A stretch of DNA of 64,000 bases from positions 4,650,001-4,714,000 of the forward strand of contig CATNEN010000039.1 of the NCBI GenBank assembly GCA_950097015.1. The letters are read 5' to 3'. The translations under genes and the position numbers were made by a program. This document shows, one piece after another, positions 51,401-62,223 of this stretch. The notes under the pieces are model-generated. The model made no database searches and was not told the origin of the DNA. It saw only the letters and a program-made list of their open reading frames with translations. Positions within the stretch are counted from its first letter, which is position 1, and each line of letters opens with the position of its first letter. The stretch comes from Macrostomum hystrix. Taxonomy: Eukaryota; Animalia; Platyhelminthes.

Positions 51401-51639
51401 AAAGTGAGTACAAACGTCGAATATTAATTAATAAAAAACGAAAAGATCATAATGACAACCCACACCATTCGATTTTTTGCTGCCTTTTAGAGCACAAGTG
51501 CTGGGAACAGGAGATTTCGACATGCTGCTGCAACTGCGGTCATCAATATCATCATTACCATGAAGTCGATCATGATCCATACCATCATCACCATCACCAT
51601 CACCATCATCATCATCATCACGATCATCACAAAGGATGA
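48460..51639 (+). CDS. Secreted protein with 3 vWA (hemicentin/VWA7-like) domains and a C-terminal poly-His tail (gene B)
   Basis: Exons 48460-48535 (signal-like MKFSSKLLPLHLLSALLIVGVAA), 48681-48920, 49033-49527, 49619-50247, 50322-50415, 50541-50585, 50667-51238, 51316-51403, 51491-51639, all in phase. Three MIDAS motifs (IDRSGSM, IDHSGSM, IDDTGSM), each followed by GGGDCPE and FTDA. The protein ends CCCNCGHQYHHYHEVDHDPY(H)13DHHKG*. Confidence 0.9.
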
Positions 51640-52371
51640 TGGTCGTATCCGAAGCCATTGTGTGAATGCTGGTTGTTTTGCTACTAAATGAACAGAAACC
51701 TAACAAGAAACAGTCGCTTGTGTTTGGCTATTAATATCCAAGATATGTGATGTGATTCGATTGATGACAAACAATAGTTGCTTGTCATGTCAAATTAATT
51801 TTTTCACGGCTATGTTAAAAATCGCTTTTTAATTCACTCCCTCTTATAGCTTGTACCCATTTTTTCAACTCTAGAAAAATTCATATGAAAAAAGTACGAA
51901 TACTAATTTTTACTCTAATTGTTCTGACTCGATCAGCCCTTCAATTTCAAATGTACATTTTAGCATTACAGTTATTATCTTAATAAGAACTCTTTGTTTA
52001 AGCAAACTGTCTCGGTGGAAATCTTGTAACATCGGATCATCTAAATTCTTTAGTAATGTTCTCAAGAGTTCTTACTTTGCGCAATGACCGACTAAGCTTC
52101 GGTCATTGGGGTTGGCTTTTGCTCAGGAAATTCTATATCTCAGATTGAACGAAGATTAAGAAAATAATCGAGCTAGGACGTAGATAAAAAAACACGCTTT
52201 GGTAACGACACTTCCGATAGAGCTATGGGTTTTAAAACGTTCCAAAGGATGAAAAACCAAAGCACACAAAGACACTTCTTCGTGCCTATGCAATCCATTT
52301 TAACTGATCCTATTTATTAAACGAGGTCTCGCAGTGACAGCCTGCACTGGTCAAAAAGTTTGGTTTTTGAT

Positions 52372-55300
52372 TTACGCCGAGTTCTTGCTGGTCATCAGGT
52401 AGGGCCGGGCCTGTTTGAGGGGAAATCAGTGCAGGATTGCTGATTGAGAATCGAACATAGACAACAAGTGATAAGTGGGTGTACTGGGGAGTGGGCTCAC
52501 CTCAGAATCTAACATGGACAACAAGTGATAAGTGGGTGTACTGGGGAGTGGCTCACCTCAGAATCTAACATAGACAACAAGTGATAAGTGGGTGTACTGG
52601 GGAGTGGCTCACCTCAGAATCTAACATAGACAACAAGTGATAAGTGGGTGTACTGGGGAGTGGCTCACCTCAGAATCTAACATAGACAACAAGTGATAAG
52701 TGGGTGTACTGGGGAGTGGGCTCACCTCAGAATCTAACATAGACAACAAGTGATAAGTGGGTGTACTGGAGTGGGGCTCACCTCAGTGGGGCACGAGAAG
52801 CTTCCATCCGGGTCCCAGTTGGACGACTTTTTGCCAACCGGTTCGAGCTGGAATTGACATGAAAGATTCGTGTTAATCAATTGTTTTCACTTCCACAGTG
52901 GTTCCTTCACAAGCCAGTGACAACACGCACCATATTGTTCCACAGCCCCTTGCCGGCTGCATCGTGGCCCCGCTCGCCAAAGTGGAAGCAGTCGGGCGCA
53001 AAGAAGCTGAAGTCGATCTTGCCGTCGATGCGTGGCGGCTGGCTGTCGCGCAGGAACGGCTGGTTGACCACGGTGAAGTCTTCGCGAGTGTCATATCGTC
53101 CAGAGTCGATGAGTTCGCCAAGTAGTCGCTGGTAGTCCTTCTGCAGGTTGATAATCTCCTGCTCCTGATGTTGAAAGAGTTAAGTCGAGTCTTTCAGCTG
53201 AAGACTGGCAGGCTTTGAGGGCACGGAAAGTCTGATCAAAGGCTAGCAACTGCACCATTAAAGCTTGTAGATATTTCATTGAGAGTTGCTTCACCAATAA
53301 ATAGACATAGCTACATCACTCTGGTGGATTAGTGGCAAAGCCGTCTATAGCGTTTGCCTCTCGCACCAAGGTCCCTGAGCTCGATTTCGCTGCGAGGCCA
53401 CATTTATTTAGGGCACAGCCGCGGAGAGAAGGCTTTGTGGCTAGTCGTGCAATTAAAAGTGTACACTGCCTTGAGGAGCAAGCGCAAAAGCACAGTGAGA
53501 GTTTGAGTGACATGACTGACATGGAAAAGGTCAAGTCAGATGTACACACCTGTGTGACACACCAGCGGAATGGGCATAATTTCCTCCTCGCTGGCTGCAG
53601 GTCTAGTGTCCCCAAACGATGTGCCATTGCCCACTGCCCCATCACCAGGGTGCGTAAGTTGAGGTAGTAGCTCAGCAGGTACAGCTCCGGACTCAACCTG
53701 ACCGACAGGTCTGGAGTTCGAACTTCAGAGAACATATTCCGTCTCATTTAGCAAGACTCATTATGTGCTCCAGCATTGCCATAAATGGCATCATCTACGG
53801 ATTATTTTTCTATAGCTCAGTTGTTACTGTCAGGCTTCTAGTTCTCAGGTGGGACTCACCTGCTCGGCACTCTCCGGATAGGCCGGACACTTGCAGAGCA
53901 TGGAGCCGAGCAGCACGGAGCAGGTGGGACTGCCATCCTTCAACTCCTTGACGAGCGTCACGTCCAGAACCTCCACTACGTTGACAAAAGCCCGAGGCAC
54001 ATTGGCGTGAAGATAGTCCAGGGCCGTTCGGATGTGCTTCACGTAGTTCTCGGCGCTGAAAATTTCCTGGCGATAGCAGGGTGCTTGGCGAATCAGGTCA
54101 CTCCTTTAAAAGGAGAAATGACGAAACATCATGGAAAAGTTGCAAGTTCGCATCTACGTTGGGGCATAGAGGGTCGGGAACCAATAAACGACCCTGCTCA
54201 AACCTTGTCCTTGCAAAAGTCGCAGATGTCGTTGCCGCCGACGAACAGAGTAATCAGCTTCCAGTCATTGTTGAAGTCCACCTTGGCGTCGGCCTTCATC
54301 TTCCTGACTAGGGATTCGGCCTGCCGGGGCATGTCGCTGTGAATGGGAAAATGCTGCATCTTAGTTGACTTTGTCTACTAAGCTACGGCTCGTAAATACT
54401 CAAAACGTCTTCTGTGTAGCTTTTCGCGTCCTTTTGTTTAAAATCTACCGCTAAGGTATTCACAGACTCGGACGATGAGAAGCCGTTTGTGGGACAAGCA
54501 GCCGCACAAAACCCTTACGATGCAACTTTGCCAGGCTCGGCAACGTTTAGTCGAGACACCGCTGAGATCACGTTGCCGCTTCCGACTGAGTAGCCGTGAA
54601 GACTCTGCTGACTGTGACGCAAAATGTCTGCAACAATCGGTGAGAGAGATTTGCTTGAGTTCTCAAACAGGTGCAGAAGGTGCTGCAAAGATAGGAGCGA
54701 TAGGGATAATAATAAAAATTAAAGCAATTGCAGGAGGGCTAAGGGCTATGGCACATCAGTTGGCGACACTAGACCCGCAGTCAGCGAGGAGGCAATTCTG
54801 CCCATTTCGCTGACTCCTGAGCACACACGCACGCAGATACCGTACAAAGGCAAACACTAACTCAGGTGTGTACATCTGCCCTGACTCCTTCATCGTCAGG
54901 CAGTGTACTCTCTCTGTACCTTGGAAGTTGGCTCTCAAAGGCAAGAAATTTCACGACAAGCTCCCAAGCCTTCTCTCCGTGGCTGCGCTCCAAGTAAATG
55001 TGGCCTCACCGCGGAATCGAGCTCAGGGACCATGGTTCGAGAGGCAAATGCGTTATACCGTTTTGCCACTCACCCCCTTAAGCAATAGGAACAGAGTCGA
55101 TCAGACCAAACCAACCAAAAACCACTAAAGTGCTCACTGGGAAGAGTTGCGTGCTGATCCAACGATGGCTCGCCACCGATGCTGAAACAGCGCAATTAGC
55201 ATTTCAGAGATAGGAGATTCTAAATTCTAAACGCAGGTAGGCATCGAAGATGAACTTACCTCCAGGCGTAGCCGCGGAACTCAATCAGCAGTCCTATAAT

Positions 55301-55835
55301 GTTGGCGGCTCGAGCGCCGCTGCCAGCAGTCAGCGAGTCGCCCATCGCTGCGACGACGGCAATGTCTGCCGGGCGGAGCCGATGCACCGAAGTCGGTCTC
55401 TGCGGAGAGCGCTCCAGTTGGCACGGAAACGGAGTCCTGGACGATGCCGATTTGCCAGCAGCTTTGGCGGCCTCCTCCCTGACCAGCTGGTCCTCCTGAG
55501 CCCAACGCTGATACACGGGGTGGGCTTGCACCGCCGTCACCGCCTGCAGCAGGCGAGTGCGCCAGTCGGCGCTGTCTCGATCTTGCACTCGAGCGCTGAC
55601 GTACTCGATGGCGTTGCGAATCTCTGCATTAGAGGGCCGGCTGGCTGTAAGAGTGCAATGTGGATCATTAATGATAAATATTTATTGGTGATACTCGTAA
55701 ATGCAAGTTCGGGGAATACCAAAACTTACCTGTCGTGGCAGTGGCTACTGTTAAGCAGACACCTGAGATCGTTAGTAGGCATTGCATCAGGGACATTGTA
55801 GCCGCGAAGGCCAGAGCACTCCATGTCGAATTCAT
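52372..55835 (-). CDS. Phospholipase B1-like secreted GDSL/SGNH lipase, single catalytic domain
   Basis: Exons 55835-55730 (signal-like), 55644-55260 ([33 protein letters not shown]), 55181-55138, 54627-54519 (LNVAEPG), 54336-54204 ([15 protein letters not shown]), 54066-53860 (NVPRAFVN), 53164-52931 ([17 protein letters not shown]), 52847-52782, 52410-52372 ([10 protein letters not shown]). Confidence 0.92.
52455..52786. repeat. 56-57-bp tandem containing the PLB1 splice donor
   Basis: About 6 copies, each with CTGAG|GTGAGCC on the minus strand. Confidence 0.9.
53325..53640 (+). mobile_element. tRNA-derived SINE family 2
   Basis: Homologous to the 41404 and 54715 copies. Confidence 0.7.
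53648..53780 (+). mobile_element. tRNA-derived SINE family 3
   Basis: TAGCTCAGCAGG (A box) and GAGTTCGAACT (B box); near-identical to 63773-63910. Confidence 0.65.
54715..55077 (-). mobile_element. tRNA-derived SINE family 2
   Basis: Reverse-complement, near full-length copy. Confidence 0.75.
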
Positions 55836-56559
55836 AAAATTTTGCCGTACAGGGTGTGGCGCGATATTAGCCCACTGCTTACTGCTGCTGCTGCAAATTT
55901 TTAACTTTTAGCGGCTCGCTTTGTCAGTGCAATTACACTAGAAATACCTGAACAGCAATCTATAACTGCTCGAGCAAGCGCGATAAAAGCTAATGGTGAT
56001 ATTGAAAACACACACATTGTCGCATACCATTGCCTTGAGTAAGTAACAGCTGGACTGGGCTAACTTTGAGTGCAGAGGCGGCACTGGATAATAATTAAAC
56101 AGAAATCATTCTTCCTGTTTTCCCAGTCATTTCGGGAAGTTATGTAGCTGATAGAAGACATGGTATGGCCTGACTCGTGGGGCTTGCACTCATGGTGCCT
56201 GGGATTACTTGTTTGAAACATAAAACCGTACAGGTAACTAAATTAGCAGAAATCACGGAAAATTGTCTGCAAATTTAAGGACACAATGTTCTGCTCGACA
56301 AATAATTACTTCTAATAATACTTCGGGTGGGCGCGAAACTTGACAACCGAATCCCAAATCCAATGCAACACATCCTTGGCAATGCGGAGCTGCGGTTCAT
56401 CTACGCTCCTACGTTTTATTTTGAAGGCTTATCTCGACGGCTGCTTCAAGACCACAGCGGCCACGGGACCCCGCTCCTCGTTTACCTTGGCAGACTCGTG
56501 CTGGACGTGGGCTACGATTTAGCGAAGCGGCGCGGCTAGGTTTGGGCCGCCTGTCGATC

Positions 56560-56814
56560 AGTGCGGACGGTGCTGCTCTCAGACGCGCTGACGGATAGCG
56601 ACGGGTCGGAGCTCTTCGAGGCGGTGGTTGAGACCATGCTACTGTACAATCCGGAAACCTGGACCCCGACTGAGCCACTCGAGGGGCAGCTCAATGCGGC
56701 CCGTCTTTGTGCTACGTTTGGCGCCCGCCGCGGCCCAGGAAGAGAGACGATCGACTTCTTGTTAATGCGAGGAAGTCGGCCCGCTACATCGATCTACTTT
56801 TTGCTGACAGAGCG
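56560..56814 (+). mobile_element. Degenerate RTE-like RT C-terminal remnant
   Basis: LFEAVVETMLLYNPETWT resembles the LLYGxETW motif of the RTE-clade post-RT region. Confidence 0.5.
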
Positions 56815-56856
56815 AGGCATCTCGCAGCTGGTAGCACTCTCTCTCTCTCTCTCTCT

Positions 56857-59800
56857 CTACTGGCCCCTCGGCCAAAGGCCATACAGGGGGCGCGCCAGCG
56901 CGCCCGTTGCCTCCAGGAAATCCAGCACCCTCTCCGGGTGCTCCTGCAGCAGGGACATCGAGCCGATGCCTTCAAAGCAGCGGCGCTCCTCCTCCCATCT
57001 CGGGCAGTCCAGCAGGAAGTGTTCCGTGTTCTCGACCGGGGCTTGGCAATGTGGGCAGACCGGGCTCTCCACGCGGCCCCAGCGGTGTAGGGTGTCCCGA
57101 AGGAAAGGGGCCCGGTTGGCCCGCAGCTGATAAAGGGCCACTTCCTGGTCCCGCCGCCTCCTGTTGCTTGGCGGCAGTGGCCTGCCCCCGCAGCGCCGGT
57201 GAGGGTGCTCCGCCGGAACCTCAGCCTCGTACTGGGCTTTGGCCCGGACGACGCTCTGCCGCCGGACCGCAGCCTGAATGGCACCTGCTGAAGCCCGGGC
57301 GCCTTCCTGAGGCAGCGCGCAGCCTTCCCGGGCCAGCGAGTCGGCTTCCTCGTTCAGGTGCAGACCCGCATGTCCCGGGATCCAGATGACTGTGAGCCGG
57401 TGTTTTTCAGCCAGCTGGTGCAGCAGGGCCACTGCCTGTGCCGCCCCATGGTCGTCCTGACACCGCTCCGGGCGCTGCAGCTTATCGAAGAGCGCGCGGG
57501 AGTCGAAGAGCAGCCAGATGGTACGATGGGTCTGCCCCTCCAGCAACTCCCACGCCGCCTGCAGCCCCGCCGCTGCCGCCGCCGCCTCTGCAGATGTTGA
57601 GCACGTGAGGCGCCCTGTCGCGACTGACCCGTTGACATCCGGGCCCGGTGCCCGCCGCCGGATCACGTAGCCGCCTCCCCCGTTCCGGACTCCTTCCTCC
57701 GCTGCCCCGTCCGTCCAAATTTGCAGGTCAGGCGGGTCCTTCTGGTGCAGGTTGTCCAGAGTGATCAGGGCTTCCTGCCTCCGCCGCCACTCCGGGTCCT
57801 CCCTCTTCGTGTTGGGCGTGCAGACAAACGACACTGCCGTACCCCTCCACGGCCTCGACAGCATGGTCACAGGCACCCGCTCCTCGGGATTATCGGCACT
57901 CCTCCTGCAGCCACAACCCCTCAACACTTGCTTGGCGGTATCCCTCCAGCTGGGCCGCAAACCCCCGCCTCGCGCCTTCAGCCTGCGCGCCGTGCATGGC
58001 TCCTGGGCCAGGCCTCCGAGCGGATGGGCAGCCGGGAACTGCCGGCACCTGGTGAGCAGCGCAGCAGCCTTCTCCTCGCAGATGGGGCCCAGCGACAGCA
58101 GCTCCGCGTCCGTCGTCAGCGCCAGCGAACGCGCCCCTGCCCCGACCACCGTGATGATGCGGGCCGCTTCGGCGTTCAGCCGTTCCAACCTCTGCCGGTG
58201 AGTTGGGGCCAGGAAGCTCCACCAGACCTCCGCGCAGTAGAGTCCAGCCGGCCTGACGTAGCTGCAATACAGCTGCCGCAGCGTACGAGCCTCCGCTCCC
58301 CAGGTGCGGCCTGCAACCGCACGGAGAGCGATGAGCCTGCGGCGAATGGTGGCAGCCGCAGATTGGGCGTGCTCGGCGAAGGTCAGCTGGCTGTCAAGGT
58401 GCACGCCCAGGATCTTGACCGTGCTACTGAGCGCGATCTGCTGGCCGCCGACTGTCAGCTGCACGGGGGCCTTGCCCTTGACCTCCCCCGGGTGCGTGGT
58501 AACCAGTAGGGCTTCGGTCTTGTCGGGCGCCAGCTCGAACTGATGATCCTTGCACCAGGAAGCCACTGCATCGATGGCGGTTTGCGACAGCTCCGCCGCC
58601 TCAGCTGCAGATTTCCCAGACGCGTTGACGGTCAGATCATCCGCATACTGCACTGGCCTGGACTCCGGCGCAGCGGCCTTAACGGCCGCCGGCAACGTGG
58701 AGGTAGCGATGACGAAGAGGAGGGGGGAGAGCGGACTGCCCTGCGGGACGCCTTCCTTGAGGACCCGGCACCGACTCTCAGCGCTCTCCCAGCGAACCGT
58801 GGCACGCCTGTCAGACAGGAAGGCTCTAACCCACCTAAGCACTCTGGCCGGCGCGCGTGCCCGGGCCAACTCACGGAGGGTGCCTAACCGCCAGGTGCGG
58901 TCGAACGCTGCCTTGAAATCCATCGCCGTCACCATCGATCGGTGCATCGGCTGTTCCTGCAGGCTGTCGAACGCGGGCTGCGCAATCTGCGCAACGCAGT
59001 CAATGGTGCTGCGGCCTGTCCTGAACCCCGCCTGCTCGTCTGGGATCAGCCCGTGCAACTCGGCCCACACCGCCAGTCTCCGCTGCACCATGCTTTCCAG
59101 CAGCTTGCCGATGCAGCTCAGCAAGGAGATAGGCCGGTAGGACTTCGGGTCGCCCTTGTTCTTGCCCTTCTTCACAGCCGGCACAATGGTAGCCCGTCTC
59201 CAAGCACTCGGTAGCTTCGCTTCGACCCAGCTCCTGTTGAGCAGGGTAAGCAGCGCTACGAGCCCGCTGGACGGCAGCCGCTTCAGCAACTCGGGGTGGA
59301 CCTCGTCACCGCCCGGGGCCTTGCCCTCACTCCGCCGGATGGCCTCCTGGAGCTCCGCTAGCTGGAATGGTGCTGCCGCCGCGTCCTCATGTTGTCCTGC
59401 TGCTATTGCCCGCCGGACTTCCGCCCTGGCTGCACTCTGGTCCGCCTTCGGGACCCGGAGCCGGCTGGCCTCGGCGTAGGTCGCCGCCGCCATCTCCGCC
59501 TTTTCCTTGTCCGAGTGGGCCGTCCGCCCGTTGTGGACGAGCGGGCTGTCAGGGAGCGGGAGGCGAACGTTGCCGTCGAGCGCCCGGATGACCTGCCAGA
59601 CCTTGGTGTCCGGCGTCCTCGCATCCAGCTTGGAAACGAAGGTCCTCCAGGCCTCCGCCTTAGCTGCCCTGAATGTGCGCTCCGCCTCGATCCTGGCAAG
59701 CCTGTACGCTGCAACCTTCTCTGCGTTCCCGGGGTCGGATCTCAAGCGCTCCAGCGTCTCACGGAGGTTCGCGTGCGCCGCCCTGCACTCAGCGGACCAC

Positions 59801-60988
59801 CAGGACTTGGCCTTGGCGACCGAGCCCCTGGGTATGCTCTTGGCGGCTGACTCCAGAACCATAGAGGTGAAGCTCCTGTTGGCCAGCTCCAGGGAGAAAA
59901 AACGCGAGGCGTCCCAGCCGGCAAAGCGGGAATCAACCTCGGCCTGAAACTTAGGCCAGTCCGCCCTCTTGATGTTCAGGTGCGTGCGGGCCCTTCTGCC
60001 CTGTGGCGCGACGTACTGCACCGTCAGCAGCAGCGGGAGATGGTCGGATCCGACGGGGTCCAGGACCTGCCAGATGGCCTTGCCGGCCCAGCTAGCATGG
60101 CCCAGGGCGACGTCCGGCGCAGTGCCTACTCCAGTCGCAGAGAACCGCGTCGGGGACCCGTCGTTGAGGGCTAGCCATCCTTGCCCAGCCAGCCAGTCGT
60201 CCAGATTCTCTCCCAGGTCGTCCGGGTCGCACTCAGGGTCCCAGCTGCCATGGGCGTTCACGTCCCCGAGAACCAGGTGGTCGGCTCCCCTCGGCCAGCT
60301 GCCGAGATGGAGGTCGCCGTCTCGCTGGTCCCCGTCGCCCAGGCGGACCGGCGGTCTGTAGATGTTGACGATGGTCAGCGGCTTGGTGTTGTTGCTCCGC
60401 ACTCTGACACTCAGACTCTACAAAGCAGCCCCGTCAGGCAGGCGCAGCCCGGGCTCCACTCTCTCATGCTGAATCCCGCGGCGAACAAGGGTCAGGAGAC
60501 CCCCATGGTGCCCTGGGTTGGCACCTCTGTGCACTTGACGCTCTCTTCTGTAGGCCGTGAAGTCCTTGAAGTCGGGGATGGGATCGTTGGGATGGAGATT
60601 CGTCTCTTGCAGCACGGCCACGTCTATCCTGTGAACATCGAGCAGCCGGCTCAACGCCGGTCCCCTCGATTTCAGGCCGTTGAGGTTGAGCTGCAGGATG
60701 TTAAGCGCTCTCTTCACTTGCTGCTGCTCCGGTCGTCTCTCGCCGCCTCTCGGCGGCCCGGGGTTCGACTCAATGTCCCCCGACAGCAGGAGCCGGCGGC
60801 GCGCCCAGTCGGGGTTGGACGCCCGCCCACCCGAAAACCCGACCAGCGGGCGTGGGTGCTGGCGCTGCAGGCAGCACCAGGGGGTGGAAGCACTTGGCGC
60901 GGCTCTGTGCCGCGACGCCGGTCCCCACGAGAAGGGGGCTTCCTTGACCACAGGCCGGTCTCTCCGACCCGTTGCTCGTTGAGCAGCT
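56857..60988 (-). CDS. 2A-APE-RT-RNaseH polyprotein with one in-frame TAG (60418-60420)
   Basis: ORFs 60418-60999 and 56857-60402 are in the same frame: ..DGAAL*SLSVRVRSNN.. The stop probably replaces a GAG (Glu). Confidence 0.88.
60754..60801 (-). other. 2A-like StopGo (ribosome-skipping) peptide RRRLLLSGDIESNPG|P
   Basis: Exact D-[V/I]-E-x-N-P-G-P consensus, immediately upstream of the APE domain. Confidence 0.9.
60886..60970 (-). ncRNA. HDV-like self-cleaving ribozyme at the retrotransposon 5' end
   Basis: The minus strand reads GGTC(P1) AA GGAAGC(P2) C CCC(P3) TTCTCGT(L3) GGG GACC(P1') GG(P1.1) CGT CGCGGC-ACAGA-GCCGCG(P4) CCAA(J4/2) GT GCTTCC(P2'). This is the nested double-pseudoknot order. 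P1 is short (4-5 bp). Confidence 0.7.
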
Positions 60989-62223
60989 GCTGGTAGCACT
61001 CGAGCCCAGCCTTGGATCCTCTGACGTTACCGCGGTCGACAATGTCTGGGCCAGCCTCGGGATCCCCGGCAATGAGACGGCCGACAACATTGCTAAGAGA
61101 GGATCGTCGATGGCGCAAGACACCTTGCTCATTACGATTTCTGCGCGTAATTCGCAGAACTGCGGCGCAGTTCGCCTTCCTTCTGCACTGCCTAGACTGC
61201 TGGCGTGAGACCTACGGCGCGACTGCCAGCGGTGCACCAGCCACGAGCTCGCTGTCCTGGCACTACTGGCAACCTTCCGCCTAAGCCAGCGAAAGATCTC
61301 TCGCGGCAGCAAGAGCGGCTTATCTGTCAGCTGAGCGCCAACCGCTGCCCTGCCTGTAGGGATTTCAAAGCCTCCATCGGTCTCCAAGTGGTGCCAACCT
61401 GCCGTTTCTGAGGCGAAGACGAGGAGTCCGCGACCTACGTGCTGACCAAAACCCCGAGCCAGCGGCTATTTTCGACAAGTGCATCGATTTGATAAAAAAA
61501 ATTCCTTTGGCATTGGCCCACCCTCGCCTCAAGAAGAAGAAGAAGGCATCTCGCGAACTTGTCCTTAGGCGCACGCTTTGACGCTGCCCCTTTTCTGTTG
61601 CAAATAAATCTAATAAATCTTCAAAGTCTGGCTTTGTTCACCAGCCTGGAAATGCAGGCATTGCTTTCCAATTATTGTAAATTAAGTCAGAGATTGGAGA
61701 GACAGAGAAGAAACCCGCGGACTGGGGCAAGAGGCGGAGGCGCGGACAAATGTTACAGGCTTCATGCATTACGCGGTGCTGGGTGTCTGTGGTTGGTCGG
61801 GGTCGGATTCCTACTTGAAATTCATTCACAATCATTCCTTGCGGGACAGAGAGGCGATACGGGTCAGAGGACAGACCCTGCGTGTTGGGGGCAGAGAAGA
61901 ATGCCTAGGCTGGGTTAGGCCTGTGTTGAACAGCCTTCTGTTATTACGTAACACCACTGGCCTATGGAAATCAAGCCCAAACCCCGCATGAGTTGTCATG
62001 GCTTGACGTTGGGTTGTCGTGAATGTACATCGGCACAATCAGAGATTGTACACACGGCCCCGGCAGTTTAGAAGAGGCCCACACGGAGCCCTCACAATGG
62101 ATCGTATGAAAGCGGAGGTTTCTAATCTTGCGTTGGTCGGCACGCAGGGCTCTTATATAGTGTTAGTTAGTCGAGCTAGGCCCCGGGAAACAATCGCGAA
62201 ATCGCATTCGACCGTACACAGTC

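Larger units (their letters stand above)
56840..60988 (-). mobile_element. Full-length Ingi/I-group non-LTR retrotransposon
   Basis: 13-bp TSD GCTGGTAGCACTC at 56827-56839 and 60989-61001. An (AG)n tail directly follows the stop. One reading frame encodes 2A, APE (QLNLNGL, LQET, YRPP, GDVNAH, GSDHLP), RT (YRPISLLS, QAGFR, GVPQGSPLSP, YADD), RNase H (IWTDGA, FDSR, WIPGHAG..NEEAD) and a C-terminal CPHC..H..C knuckle. Confidence 0.92.
56826..61543 (+). mobile_element. Older 5'-truncated Ingi-related element (RNase H/C-terminal remnant, own sequence about 60989-61543) hosting the full-length copy
   Basis: Remnant ..GIPGNETADNIAKRG.. and QQERLICQLSANRCP..CRF, which parallels DQEVALYQLRANRAP..CPHC of the inner element. 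(AAG)5 tail at 61531-61545. 11-bp TSD AGGCATCTCGC at 56815-56825 and 61544-61554. Confidence 0.7.

Noticed and set aside
53660-53670. TGAGGTAGTAG matching the let-7 5' end
   Set aside because: The match stops after 11 nt, there is no precursor hairpin, it is part of a SINE head, and the second copy differs.
56907-60996. Many plus-strand ORFs over the retrotransposon
   Set aside because: Antisense shadows of a GC-rich coding sequence.
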